Shown in pieces: positions 1 to 12,379 of a DNA stretch of 27,774 bases. Under the pieces are notes generated by a model. It was given only the letters and a program-made list of their open reading frames with translations. It searched no databases and was not told where the DNA came from. This stretch comes from Coniocarpon cinnabarinum (Eukaryota). The DNA lies in NCBI GenBank assembly GCA_051942205.1, contig JAVECO010000030.1, positions 124,001-151,774 of the forward strand, written 5' to 3'. Each line of letters begins with the position of its first letter. Within the stretch, counting starts at the first letter, position 1. The translations under genes and the position numbers were made by a program.

Positions 1-1633
1 CGCACCGTCGATGCCTGATATGATGGATGACGTTGGTGAGGCACGTCCTTTGCGTGGAATAGTAGCCCCTGGATGTCTTGAGACGTGTGTGCCAACGGCT
101 GACATCGCGAGGGCCTCTGCTGCGCCCTCGTATTGTATTTTGGAAAGATCATTTTCAAGCGTAGCGTTGAGCTGGTGGAGCCTGTCCAGCTCCGCACTGT
201 TGTCCGTGAAGTTGCGTTTCAATCGTTCGAGCTGCGACGCGAGATCTTGATGCGACACTCTCATCACCGTGAGTTCGTTGTTGAGCTTTTTGTTTCTTGC
301 CATTAGCAGTCGCTCCAGAGGCTGTCTGCCGACAGATCCTTCGTCTGTGACTGCCTCTTCGTCATTCAATCTTGCCTCTACCTCGTCTTCATTATCCCCA
401 GTCGCAAACTCAATTGATTTAAGAATCTCAAGCTCGCGTTTCACGTCTTCGTAATCTTGCCAGCCTCTCATCCTCGTTCTCAGGTTATCCCGATCTTCCG
501 TCAACATGGAAATCTCCCGCTTGAGCGCCCGCATGCTGCTGTCCCAGTCTCTGCGAAGCGCGTCCCTCTCAAACCGGGCTTCATCTGTTTTCCGCATTAA
601 TGAGAAATTTTCGGTGCGAAGTCTAAGGAAGGCTGGATCTTCTTCAACCGGGGCGGAGCGTATGTCGACAGATGGGGCTGTCGCCTTCTGAGCAAGCTCG
701 AGTCTCATCTGCTCGTTCCTTGCTTCCACTGCTACGAGTCGATTGTTCACCCTCTCCAGATCCGTATTCAAGATACTAAGCTCGGCGGCCGAGGCAGCTG
801 ATTGTGCAGCAGACTCGTCATTCTTGCCTAGACGTTGTGAAACTTCGTAACTAGCTTTCAGCTCCTTCACTAGACGATCTTGGTTGTCTACGCGTTCTTC
901 GAGACTCTTCTCCTTAGATGACCAATTGTCTTCCTTTTCAGCCAATACTGCTGACCAGGACTGTTCAGCTTCCTTGACTCGTGCGTCGCCTTGCTCTTGT
1001 AACGACTGTCGCGCCAGCACTTCATGCTTGAGTTTTGTCTCTGCATCGTCAAGTTGTGAAGAAAGCTTCGCATTTGCGGCTTGAAGGTGAGCCTTCTCAG
1101 CTTCTAATTTTGGAACAGTCTCGTCGGCAGTCACAAGAGAGTCAACCGAAGCCTCAAGCAGAGGATAAGGGTCAGGTGCTTCGGAAAGCAGGGAGTAAAC
1201 GTGGAGAAACGAGCTGTGCACAGTCTTTGAATGATTAGTGACGAGATCGATGTAGCCTTGATAAGCTTTCAGTAAGCTCTTGACTTCATTGAGCTTGCTG
1301 CCATCGTCAAGCTTGCGAAAGTCCTTGGTTTTTTGTGCAAGCTCTTTCCGTTCTATGAGCGCATCTCGTTGTTGCGCGACGAGGTCCGATGCTGTGGTGT
1401 CCAGATTCGGCACGAGCTTCGTCAAGTCAATATCTGCGCAGGAGTGTCAGTTGCAACCCAGACTCAAACTAAAGACCTGAGCACGCACTTCGCCAAGACG
1501 ATATAGCACGTTGGAACTTGTTGTCCGAAGAATGCTTCTCTCCACGCTCCTGCTGCGATTCAAGCTCATCGCCAGACTGCTCCAATATAGCCGGTGCTTC
1601 TCTTGAGTCACTAACTTCCACATCGGCGTCCAT
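1..1633 (-). CDS. COY1: CASP/Coy1 Golgi coiled-coil tether (golgin); 5' part only, the gene runs off the left edge
   Basis: Manual translation from ATG 1633: MDADVEVSDS...NKFQRAISSWR, then intron 1488-1434 (GTGCGT...CTGAC...CAG), then NIDLTKLVPNLDTTASDLVAQQRDALIERKELAQKTKDFRKL...LLKAYQGYIDLVT...LSEAPDPYPLLEAS followed by a long coiled coil. RKELAQKTKDFRK and EAPDPYPLL are the recognisable CASP/CUX1 N-terminal signature. Absent from the ORF track, probably because the frame has no stop inside the window. Confidence 0.9.
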
Positions 1634-2023
1634 GATTCTTCCTCCCTCTTGTGTTCCCTAAGATGACCTTCTCTAAGCGCCTTAGAGCATGTGGCGCGAT
1701 GCTAGCTTGGAATGCCTATGGTCTCAGCCTTCGATCTCTGGGTTTGCATGAATTTGAGACGACAGTGCACCCAGCTTGCATGCCTTGGATCCAGAATTGC
1801 GCAGCGACATGATCCACGCTACGACCTGTGCGGGTTCACATCATGGTATGGGAGCTGATTCGGGATTCCGCCGCGTAATTGCGATAAATATCACTAGTGC
1901 AGCTGATCAAGCCCCGTCACGAGTGAAGTCACTTGTATCTCACCACCAGCTCTGTACTCACACAATGACTTCTGCCCTTAGCGATGAGCAATTAAAGGAG
2001 CCTTAGATCGACAAGAATGGAAG

Positions 2024-5000
2024 ATGTCGGTGCGAAATAGACGCAGGCCGGAAGTCACTTTATCGAGCCATGGAGAATCTACTCCCTACAATCCTATTCG
2101 CTTAATCAACGACATTCCCATATTCGAAGATGACAATAGCGCTGGGGATGTCAGAATAACTTGCGTGGACTATTGGAGTCAGTCTGGTCGCAAGAATCAG
2201 GGAAGTTGAGGCCTGTGGCTGAATCTCTACACCAGGCGATAATCTGTACATTGGAACCTCGGCTGGAGAAATTCTACACTATGTACTACTTCCTCCTCCT
2301 TCTGGAGGCCAAGATGATGGTCCCGGTCTCATTCTGGCATCGAGACTGCGGCCTGAATCTTCGGACCTCAATTCTCCAAAAGGAATCCAACAAATACTTC
2401 TGGTGCCCGAGTCGACCAAGGCTTGCGTAGTAAGTAATGGAACGCTCACCTTCTACTCGTTGCCAGAACTCAGCCCTGCATGCGACTCCATCAAGGTCAA
2501 AAAGTGCGCCTGGGTTAGTGCAGTACAGCATGACCGTGAGACGTTTTTGGACTCATCCGGAAGTCCCTTAATAATGATCTGTGTTGACAAGCTCATGCAT
2601 CTGATCAGACTGGGAGAAAAAGCGAAACGAGTTGGTACCGTTGACCTTCCAAATTGCTTGAAAGCAGTTTGTGCAGGCCGCATTGCTTGCGTCGCGAATG
2701 CCGAGTCCTATTCTCTCCTTGATATAGTAGAGCAACAGCAGATTCCGTTATTCGATATCAACACCGAGACTTCTCTCGTACCCACGGAATCATATGATAG
2801 CCGGTCTCCAACTGAGTCGTTACACGCCAAGGAGTCAGCTTCTGAGAACGGAGCCTTTGTACCACATGAGACTTTCAGCGCTGCTATCGACGCCGGCGAA
2901 GACAACTTTGGCGGAGAGCGGAAAAGAGATGGCAAAACTGCGGCAAGTTCTTGTGATTCGCCATCATTTTTAGAGCGCAACGGCACGACTCTCGAAACCT
3001 CCGAGAGCATGGCTGAGGATTCTCTGTCAGATCAAGATAAGGAAGTATCGCATTCCTCCGTTGAAAAGGAGCTGGTTACTAATGGCAACAAAAGATTGAA
3101 TGGGCTTTGGCCGAATGCGGTCGTTGTGAACGCTTCCGAGTTTCTCCTTACAACGGGCACGGCTATTACTGATCCGGCTGTGGGGATTTTCATAAATCAT
3201 GAAGGAGACGTAGTTCGCGGCACGCTCCAGTTTTCCAGCTACCCCGAAAATCTCATCATTGACGAAATAAGTACCTCGCATTCAGCCCCTTCCTCACCCT
3301 CGGAGCTGGAGTATGAGGGCACCGTACTGGCTGTAGTCGTTCGAAACGATGGAGATACAGTAGCAAAAAGTATTGAGATTCAATTTATTGGCTCGTCTGC
3401 TGGAGCTGACACCTCTAAATTGTTCGTCGATGTGGAAGTCCATGCCAATGAAGCTTCGCCTGACACCGCAGAGGCTGTGAATGATTTAGGCATGAGCAGA
3501 GCTACGGCAGGCAGAAGCTTAGTGTTGCCAGACATCATGGCCAGGATGCAAAACGTGCCGATGAACACGCACCTCTCGGACAAATACGACGAGCATAGTA
3601 ATGAGGATCATATCTCACGTGAATTGGGCTCTGGCCAGGAACAATACTTTCAGCAAAATTTAAGCACAGTCATAGGCAGTCTTTTGGTTTGGACCGTCAA
3701 CTCTGTTTGGTGGCTGGCTCCCGTCCCTATACTTGGTCGATTCGACGCAAAACTAGACATGGCTTTACATTTGGATGATCAGAAAGCTACGTCGTTTGTG
3801 CAGCGGGAGAAGGTCGTCAACGTGTTGCAAAGCATAAGTGCACAGGACCATCGGCAAATAGCGCCGGACGAACTCTCGTTCCTAAGTGATCAATATCTGG
3901 TACAGAAAGCGTCATTTATGCTGTGGCTAGATGCTGTGAGCCAGGCAGCTGCAGGTTATATGACTTATCAGCGCGATTTGGAGTTGACAGAGCAGTCCTT
4001 GATTGATGGGGACATTGATCCACGAGTATTGATTGCAAGTATACAGGCCGCTAAAGATGATGCAGAAAGTCGCGGCGACGTTTTATTCATTTCTTCTGGA
4101 CTGAACGATGTTTGGACGACCTTTAGGCAACGCCAAGGCGGTTTACCCCTGCCTGAGCCTCGAAACAGGTCATGGGAGGGTCTGCTGCAAACTCTAAAGC
4201 GCTATCTCATGCGCTGGCGTCGGAAGAGAGGCTACGGCAGTGTAACAAATGACAAGTCGCTTTTCGAAATTATCGATTTCGCGTTGCTTGAGATCCTTCT
4301 TCTGCTTGATTTCAATCACCCTCATGGGAGAGCCGTCAAAGGTTCGGCTCGGGCGGAACTCAATGCCGTCGTAGATGAAGGGATCAGTTGCTTCCACAGA
4401 GCTATCGAGCTTTTCGAAAAGCAGCAGCGTCTCTACATGGTCAGTCGCCTTCACCAAGGGCGTCGGGCTTATCCCATGGTTCTCGCGACGTGGAAACGCA
4501 TTGTTGAAGGAGAAGCAGATACCGGGGGTGAGCTCGGCAACGGTGAGGAAGAAATTCGAGACTACCTCACAAAGCGAAAGGACAAGAGACTGGTGCAAGA
4601 ATATGGGATATGGCTTGCGGCCCGTAATCCAGAGGTAGGCGTACAAGTCTTTGCTGATCGCAAAAGCCAAGTTCACTTCGAGGCTCCAGAGGTGATCAAC
4701 CTGCTCAAGGAGCAAGCCCCCAATGCTGTTCAGTCATATCTGGAAAGACTCGTTCTCGTAAACAACGTAAGTCACCACGGCTGTCTAGTTGCGTGACGCT
4801 AACCAAGCCCAGCTGTCTGAATACGCGAATGATCTGATCGCTTACTATTTGGACTCCGTGGTGAGCGGAATTGAGGGCTCAGAGACATCACGAATCGCTT
4901 TATCAACTTCATATCAAATGTACCGGGCTCTAACGTTACCCAAGCCAAACTACAATCAATTCGTGACCGAGAACTTTGCAAACGACGATTGGTGGAAAAA

Positions 5001-5668
5001 CCGCCTCCGGCTGCTGCAGTTGCTTGGTGGTAGCCACGCGGCCGCTTCCAAGTATGACACAAGTAAAATTCTGGACCGCGTTGAACCATATCAGGAGTTT
5101 CTTATTCCTGAGAAGATCATACTGAACGGTCGTCAGGGACGCCACAAGGATGCTATCCGACTGCTTGTCCGTGGACTTGGCGATTTCGACACGGCAGTTA
5201 GCTATTGCGTGCTTGGAGGTGTCAAAACCTACGGATTGCATGACGAGTTGCTGGAAGAGCCTATGAAACCATCGCACGAGCAGCAGGCCCAACTTTTCAA
5301 GCACTTATTGTACGAGTTCCTATCTGTTGAAGACGAGGAAGCCAGAATCATACAAACGGGCGAGCTACTAGGAAGGTTTCCACGCTGGTTTCAAATCGAA
5401 GAGGTAGGTCTATCTACCTGCGACGTGTCTAGTCTCTGTTGACAGGGTGTGAACGCAGGTCCTAGAAATCATCGCTGAGGACTGGTCTGCCCAACATCTG
5501 GCCGCATTTCTCCAGAGTGCATTGAGGACATTGCAAAGCGAGAGATGTGACTACGTCATTCTGAGGGCTCTGACGAGCAGCGAGAATCTCAGTTCCAGCA
5601 CCGAAAGTGTAGAAAAGATCATGTCCTTTGGAGCTACGATGCAACATAGCGCGACAGAGACTGAGTGA
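2024..5668 (+). CDS. VPS3: Vps3/TGFBRAP1 (Vps39-family) CNH-domain vesicle-tethering subunit, probably the CORVET subunit; 4 exons
   Basis: Exons 2024-2177, 2236-4766, 4813-5403, 5459-5668; introns GTCAGT..CAG, GTAAGT..CAG, GTAGGT..CAG. The joined frame gives the CNH-like start ITCVDYWSDNLYIGTSAGEILHY, then GIQQILLVP...LTFYSLPELSP, an alpha-solenoid, and the Vps39-family C-terminal motifs GRHKDAIRLLVRGLGDFDTAVSYC and VLEIIAEDWS. Vps3 versus Vps39 paralog assignment is from recalled family features, not a search. Confidence 0.8.
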
Positions 5669-5771
5669 AGAAGCAGCACGAGCGGACTCGCGCTCCTAGC
5701 CCTACGCTTTGCAAACCACGTGACTTGGACTGGCGCACGTGATTTCATGGTCCATGCACAAGATCGACACG

Positions 5772-5785
5772 CTAGAAGGGTCTAG
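5772..5785 (+). promoter_or_regulatory. Putative heat-shock element upstream of HSP104
   Basis: CTAGAAGGGTCTAG is one mismatch from the classic CnnGAAnnTTCnnG dyad. A further GGTCTAG follows 10 nt later, in phase. It lies ~265 bp upstream of the HSP104 ATG. Confidence 0.5.
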
Positions 5786-6047
5786 CGTGGTCTAGCAACC
5801 AACTCGCAACATCTGGCACCTTCGCTGCCCAAAGCGAAAATTGGTTTGAATACTGCTGGCAGTGTCGTGAGAACACCAGTGAGAGCTCGTTGCGCCCATC
5901 AAGATTCAGTCTCATTCTCTGAGCCTACATCTCCTGCACCAGTCTCTCACTCGTGTACATCTCTCCTCTCCGTTTCTTCCGCCATCACCACCTCGGAGCT
6001 GCGCTTGTCTGACTTGGTGCGCTGCAGGCCATCAGCGCCTTCTCACC

Positions 6048-8846
6048 ATGTCGTCCGCAAACATGAACTTCACTGATCGGGCAACACAAGCTCTAACCGA
6101 CGCCTCGGACCTTGCTTCACAATACTGTCATTCTCAGATCACCCCACTTCATCTTGCGGTTTCTCTATTAGATCCGCCTCCAGACCTCTCGAAAGACCAA
6201 CAGAACCCTGCCTCGAGCTCAGCACCATTGTTCAAACAAGTTGTCGAGCGCGCTCATGGTGACCCACAAGCTCTGGACCGCGCTCTGAAGAAGCAACTTG
6301 TTCGCATGCCGAGTCAAGACCCTCCGCCAGAGCATGTTTCAATGGCACCAGGGTTTTCTAAGCTTCTTCGAGCCGCGAATGACTTATCGAAAACGCAAAA
6401 AGACAGCTACGTAGCGATTGATCACCTCATTACCGCCCTGTGTCAGAACGACAGTGTCCAGCGATGCCTACAAGAAGCAAATGTTCCACGCACGAAGCTC
6501 ATCGATGATGCAATATCGCAAATTCGCGGTACGAGGCGCGTGGACTCAAAAACTGCCGATGCTGAGCAAGAGAACGAAAACCTTAAGAAGTTTACGATCG
6601 ACATGACCTCTTTGGCGCGAGAGGGCAAGATCGACCCTGTCATTGGAAGAGAAGACGAAATCAGGCGCGTGGTCCGCATACTGACACGCCGAACCAAGAA
6701 CAACCCCGTGCTGATTGGTGAGCCCGGAGTAGGGAAGACGACCGTTGTAGAAGGCTTGGCAACGCGGATTGTCAATGCGGATGTACCAGCAAATCTTGCC
6801 GCCTGCAAGTTGCTCTCATTGGATGTGGGAGCGCTCGTGGCGGGTAGCAAATATCGAGGAGAGTTTGAAGAGCGAATGAAGGGCGTTCTGAAGGAGATTG
6901 AGGAGACAAAAGAAATGATCGTCCTCTTTGTGGATGAAATTCACTTACTCATGGGCGCCGGCGCCAGCGGTGAGGGAGGCATGGATGCTGCAAATCTTTT
7001 GAAACCAATGCTCGCTCGTGGACAGTTGCATTGCATTGGAGCCACCACTCTTGGCGAGTATCGCAAGTACATTGAAAAAGATCAGGCCTTCGAACGACGG
7101 TTTCAGCAAGTCTTGGTGAAGGAGCCGTCCATCCCAGAAACAATTTCAATCTTACGAGGACTTAAGGAGAAATACGAAGTGCACCATGGCGTAACTATTC
7201 AGGACGCTGCGATCGTCTCAGCCGCCAATCTGGCTGCAAGATATTTAACACAACGTCGACTACCGGACTCCGCGGTAGACCTCATTGATGAAGCCGCAGC
7301 AGCTGTGCGTGTCACGCGCGAATCTCAACCGGAAGCTCTTGATAATTTAGAGCGAAAACAGCGCCAACTAGAGATAGAAATTCATGCACTTGAGCGCGAG
7401 AAAGACGAGGCTTCGAAAGCGCGGCTCTCCGAGGCCCGAGCTGAATCCGCCAACATTAACGAGGAACTCAAGCCCCTACGGGAAAAGTACGAGAGTGAGA
7501 AGCAACGAAGTGCTGACATTCAGGAGCAACGCATGAAGCTTGATGCACTGAAAACTAAATGTGCAGAAGCGGAACGCAACCGCGATTTAGCCACAGCATC
7601 AGATTTGAAATACTATGCAATCCCTGATGTCGAAGCACGCATTGAACAGTTAGAGCATGACAAAGCCAAAGCCGATGCCGACCTTTACGCTCGACGGGGG
7701 TCGACCGACGCAGAGTCGTTATTGACTGATGCTGTGGGACCTGAGCAGATCAACGAGATAGTCGCACGTTGGACTGGCATCCCGGTTACACGCCTACGGA
7801 CGTCTGAAAAGGACAAGCTGCTCCATATGGAGAGAAACCTAGGCGATGTTGTCGTTGGTCAAAAGGAGGCAGTGCAATCAGTTTCGAATGCCATACGATT
7901 ACAGCGATCCGGTTTAGCAAATCCCAATCAACCACCCAGCTTTCTTTTCTGTGGACCTTCTGGAACAGGGAAGACTCTGTTGACCAAGGCGCTAGCTGAA
8001 TTCCTTTTTGACGATCCACGCGCTATGATCCGCTTCGATATGTCCGAATACCAGGAGCGACACTCACTGAGCCGAATGATTGGCGCACCACCCGGCTACG
8101 TCGGCCATGATGCAGGCGGGCAGCTCACGGAGGCACTTCGCCGTCGGCCTTTTTCGATCCTTCTGTTTGACGAGGTTGAAAAATCTGCAAAAGAGGTGCT
8201 CACGGTCTTGCTGCAACTCATGGATGATGGTCGGATCACAGACGGCCAAGGGCGCATTGTGGATGCTAGGAACTGCATTGTCGTCATGACATCCAATCTG
8301 GGAGCTGAATATTTGGCGCGGCCGAATGCGCCAGATGGGCGGATCGACCCCACTACGCAGGAAATGGTCATGGGTGCACTCAGAAACTATTTTCTGCCCG
8401 AGTTTCTCAACCGCATCTCGAGCATCGTCATCTTCAATCGGCTGACCAAAAAAGAGATTCGAAAGATCGTCGACGTAAGAATGAAAGAAATTCAGAAGCG
8501 ACTTTTATCCAACGGGCGTAACGTCATGATTGATATGACCGATGAGGTACGCGACTACTTGGGAAGTGCGGGCTACTCTCCCGCCTATGGCGCACGACCA
8601 CTTGCGCGACTGATTGAGAAGGAGATATTGAATCGCATGGCAGTCTTGATTTTGCGAGGAGGGATCAAGGATGGTGAGGTCGCCCAAGTCGTGCTTGAGG
8701 AAGGGCACATTGCAGTATTACCCAACCATGGTGACAGCGATATGGATGAAGATCGAGACATGGAAGACGGGTATTCGGACGGAGAAGATGCAGTACTGGA
8801 GCTAGAAGACAATAAACAAGACGGCGAGATGGATCTCTATGATTGA
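6048..8846 (+). CDS. HSP104: Hsp104/ClpB AAA+ protein disaggregase (cytosolic), intronless, 932 aa
   Basis: Clp N-domain; NBD1 Walker A GEPGVGKT and Walker B FVDEIH; pore loop [11 protein letters not shown]; coiled-coil M-domain; NBD2 GPSGTGKT and LLFDEVEK; pore loop GAPPGYVG; sensor-2 YGARPL; acidic C-terminal tail ending EMDLYD. Confidence 0.98.
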   Translation: MSSANMNFTDRATQALTDASDLASQYCHSQITPLHLAVSLLDPPPDLSKDQQNPASSSAPLFKQVVERAHGDPQALDRALKKQLVRMPSQDPPPEHVSMAPGFSKLLRAANDLSKTQKDSYVAIDHLITALCQNDSVQRCLQEANVPRTKLIDDAISQIRGTRRVDSKTADAEQENENLKKFTIDMTSLAREGKIDPVIGREDEIRRVVRILTRRTKNNPVLIGEPGVGKTTVVEGLATRIVNADVPANLAACKLLSLDVGALVAGSKYRGEFEERMKGVLKEIEETKEMIVLFVDEIHLLMGAGASGEGGMDAANLLKPMLARGQLHCIGATTLGEYRKYIEKDQAFERRFQQVLVKEPSIPETISILRGLKEKYEVHHGVTIQDAAIVSAANLAARYLTQRRLPDSAVDLIDEAAAAVRVTRESQPEALDNLERKQRQLEIEIHALEREKDEASKARLSEARAESANINEELKPLREKYESEKQRSADIQEQRMKLDALKTKCAEAERNRDLATASDLKYYAIPDVEARIEQLEHDKAKADADLYARRGSTDAESLLTDAVGPEQINEIVARWTGIPVTRLRTSEKDKLLHMERNLGDVVVGQKEAVQSVSNAIRLQRSGLANPNQPPSFLFCGPSGTGKTLLTKALAEFLFDDPRAMIRFDMSEYQERHSLSRMIGAPPGYVGHDAGGQLTEALRRRPFSILLFDEVEKSAKEVLTVLLQLMDDGRITDGQGRIVDARNCIVVMTSNLGAEYLARPNAPDGRIDPTTQEMVMGALRNYFLPEFLNRISSIVIFNRLTKKEIRKIVDVRMKEIQKRLLSNGRNVMIDMTDEVRDYLGSAGYSPAYGARPLARLIEKEILNRMAVLILRGGIKDGEVAQVVLEEGHIAVLPNHGDSDMDEDRDMEDGYSDGEDAVLELEDNKQDGEMDLYD

Positions 8847-9183
8847 TTGGCCTTAAGGCAACGATGGAAAGACTCGACGAAGTGTCAAAGCGATAAAGAA
8901 ATCGGTGCTTTAATCAGTCTGCATCCCTTTGCTATGCAGATAAAGTGTGTTTATATAGAACTGACGATACATACGAAGTGACATGATGCATGTATACGCA
9001 TAATCCCAGTATCAGTCGACCAAGCCTTGAAATAAGCAATCTTGTCTAGGTCTGGACAAAGTGGTCTTACCTGAGGCGTTGGCGCTAAGCGTGCACAATT
9101 GCTATTGCAATGACCTTTGTTCTCAGAAACGCGCTCTTACGTTGCATCAAAATGACGCTTTCATGCCTGTTCCTCCGCAGACC

Positions 9184-12046
9184 TCAAGCTGATCGAGTTT
9201 TCGTGAAGATGTAGCCAATCTTCTCGGTATCTTTCAGTGCTTTGAGAAGGATTTCATCGTCAAGTACGTGAGGTTCATAGGTTTCTGTCTGTTGTCCCAG
9301 TATGTGAGGGTCGAGATGCCTGTAATGCATCAAGGCTAGCATGCGCTGCTTCTCAGCTTGGTCCCTGCCGCCTACACCTCGCTTCAGAAGATCGATATTC
9401 TCCTCTTGAGTGCGCATGTTGACAGCAGATGCTTTGACCAGCGTTGGTAGATCTGGCAGTGACTCATCATCCACGGACAGGGCTCCGTTTCTGTCTTCTC
9501 CAGGCACGCTTACTTCTTCTGACAAAACGGGTTTAGATAGCTGGTCGTCGCTGTTGGAGCCCTTGCCTTCGCATTGACAGCCTAGCAAAGTATGAGTTTG
9601 GCAGCCTGTAGAGGTGTCAAGCTCGAACAGACGGCGCAATTCCTCAGTTGTAAATGTGCTTGCGCTGACTTTCCCATCAACGACAGATTCTGCGAGAGCA
9701 CGCTTTGAAACCTGACGCTGGAAAATCTTTTCATCAAGACCGCCTTGAATCAGAAGACGGTATATGTGGCAGTGACGCTTTTGACCATCCCGATGAATCC
9801 GAGCCATGGCCTGTTCGTCTGTGCTGGGATTCCAGTCCACGTCGAAAAGGATCAATCGGCTCGCGCCAATCAGGTTGATTCCCGCGCCACCCGATTTGGC
9901 TGATAAGAGGAAAGCAAAACAATCGTCAGCCGAGTTTCGGTTGAATTGGTCTACAATTCCTTGACGCTTCGAAGTGGGAGTCCTTCCGTCGAGGCGCGAA
10001 TGCCTGTAAGACAGACAGTCGAGTAGCTCTTCAATTACATCCAAAGTACTGGTATAGTGCGAAACGATTACCACTTTCTCTTCAGTTGTGGTGCGGATCT
10101 GATGAAGCAGACTGTCTAAAACTTGCAGCTTGGCACTGGCGCCTGGAGACTTCAATAACGACGCTGGTATTTCTGAAAGGAGGCTCGCCAACGTCTCGCT
10201 CTCTGGCACAACCTGTGCTTCCCGCTTCTTCTTGAGCAGACTTGGGCTATTGCAGAGCTTCTTGAGTGTATCAATCAGCTTGAAAGCTGTTTCAGGCGAA
10301 TGCAGTATAGTGCCGAAAAATGGAGATGCCAGCACTGTGCGATACACAGAAGCCTGCACAGACGTTGGTCGGCAAAATAGTATCGTCTCGGTCTTTGGCG
10401 GTAAGAACTGTGCGAGGATCTCCGAGGTACGGCGAAGCATGAAGATTTCAGTAAGCTCAGCCAGCTCGGACGCCCTGGCGTTGCCCTTCTCCATCTCTTT
10501 TGTTGTTGCATCAGGCTGACGACTCCTCATGATCGGAGCTTCGAACTCCTTCTTGAAGACATTTGCTTTACTCAAGAGGCCAGGATTAACCATGTCAACA
10601 GCAAAGTAGAACTCACTCAGGTCGTTCTGGAGAGGCGTACCAGAGAGAATGATACGACGATCTGTATTCAAGGATTTGATGGCCTGAGCAGATTTGTTGT
10701 TGGCTGTTTTCAACCGGTGCCCTTCGTCGGCAATCACAAGATCAATTGCAGAGCATTGTTCCAAGTCCTTCTGTACCGTCCGTAACTTCTCGTAACCGAC
10801 TATCATGACATTGTACGCACGTCCGTGGGTAAAGTCTTTCAATCTTGTCTTCGGTCCATCGAGGACGAAGACACCTACTCTGCTCTCTCCAAGCCATTTC
10901 CGAAATTCCTTCTTCCAATTCTTGATGACGGTGGCCGGACACACTATGACCACTTTCTTTATCACAGGCGGATCTCCGTGAATTGGATTTTGTTTGAGAA
11001 GTGTCCATATGAGTGTGATCACTTGCAACGTCTTGCCCAAGCCCATTTCATCAGCCAAGATGCATCCATTGATGCCCTGAGGTTTCAGTCCCATGACGCA
11101 ATCATACATAAATCTGACACCAGCCCTTTGATGAGGTCGTAGACAGGAAGACAATATTGGATCGACAACAATATCAACTATTCGCCGCCCGGGTGGCACT
11201 CTAGGCACCCTACTCATTACAAGAGCGTCCGGAGCCCCGGAGTCGTAGCGAGGTATCGGATCTGACCGACCAGCTTTGAGATCATTGACCTTGTTCTTTA
11301 TGGGATTTTGAAACTTGGCTTTGAGTTGGGCATTGTGAGGTTTTCGACGAGATGCAACTAGTGTCTCTTCTTGGATCTCTTCCTCGTTACCAGACCACTC
11401 TATCTTTTCCGTTCCCAATTGCGATGTAGACTGTGAGTTGAATTTGACGTTGGTCCTCAGCTGCTCGTCGAGTTCGCGCACGGTTGGCTTCCCAGCAGAT
11501 CCTGTGAAGGGTTGAACCGCGGGACAGGGTTGCATCGTTGTCGAGGATTCGATTTGAATTTCCTTGCCCGCAATGTGTAGTTTGGATCCAGTAAAAAGTG
11601 GTACTGGATGTTGGATGACTCCCATTTCCCTCCCCGAGACATCATACATGCGGGCCGTCTCCCCAGAAACATAAAGTATACCGTCTCCATCCCAAGTCTT
11701 GTGCTTCTTCGTAGATGGTTTGCGCCTGACATTGGTCAGCTTGAGCGGTCCGAGTCTGGATGAATTCTGCTGCATACCATAGTACATTGAAACATCTTTC
11801 CGGCTTCTGAGGCAAACTTTCGAAGTCACTTTCAGGAATAGCATTTTGAGATCTTGCTGTCTTCATTTGGGCGTAATTCGAGGGGCATTCCAGAGAACGC
11901 GAGAGCGTGTGTTGACTAGAGCCGAGGCGTCGTCTTTTAGGACTTGGAAGTGGAAATTCACCTGGGCCAGCCTTATCACGCTGAGTACGCTGAGTGAGTA
12001 ACGGCGGCTTGAATGGCTTGCGGAGCATGGATAGCGGTGCTGTCAT
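9184..12046 (-). CDS. RDH54: Rdh54/Rad54B SWI2/SNF2 dsDNA translocase (recombination/repair); 2 exons
   Basis: Exon 1 12046-11778 (MTAPLSMLRKPFKPP...FNVLW; alternative ATG at 12028), intron 11777-11726 (GTATGC..CTGAC..CAG), exon 2 11725-9184. The join restores WRKPSTKKHKTWDGDG, the Rad54B/Rdh54 N-terminal motif. SNF2 motifs: LRPHQRAGV, ILADEMGLGKT, DEGHRLK, LSGTPLQNDL, RLDG, LLSAKSGGAGINLIGASR, WNPSTDEQAMARIHRDGQ, and the Zn-motif THTLLGCQC. Confidence 0.93.
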
Positions 12047-12178
12047 AGTGCATCCGTAGTGTGAATATGATGAATGAAAAGGCCAGACGTGAGAAAAAGC
12101 AGCGGGCCTTAAGAAAGAAAGGTGAGGCCGGTATGGGCAGATATCTTCGTTCACATCGAGCTTCACCAGTTAACGTCT

Positions 12179-12264
12179 GACGCGCAGGAAAGGACGCGCA
12201 GTCATGTGACTAGGTCACGCGAATCCTTCTAATGACTTGATGTTTTTATAAATGACTTAATGTT
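12179..12264. promoter_or_regulatory. Motif cluster in the divergent RDH54/thioredoxin promoter
   Basis: GACGCGCAG twice (12179-12187, 12193-12201); palindrome GTGAC-TAG-GTCAC followed by a third ACGCG; AATGACTT(G/A)ATGTT twice (12231-12244, 12251-12264). Function is inferred only. Confidence 0.4.
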
Positions 12265-12379
12265 CAGGCTCCCTATTCGGAAGGCCACGTGCGCTACAAT
12301 GTAGGCCGAGGAATACGAAACTCTAGACAAAGCGTCCAACTTCAGACTGAGACTGATAGCATCGGCGTCATCTGCAAAA

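Noticed and set aside
11..1480. Short Ser-rich plus-strand ORFs in the track
   Set aside because: Antisense shadows of the Glu/Lys/Arg-rich COY1 coiled-coil frame.
11778..11844. 886-aa ORF start (MLFLKVTS...) as the RDH54 N-terminus
   Set aside because: It reads into the intron from the wrong frame; the conserved LW|RK junction needs exon 1 from the 11642-12166 ORF frame.
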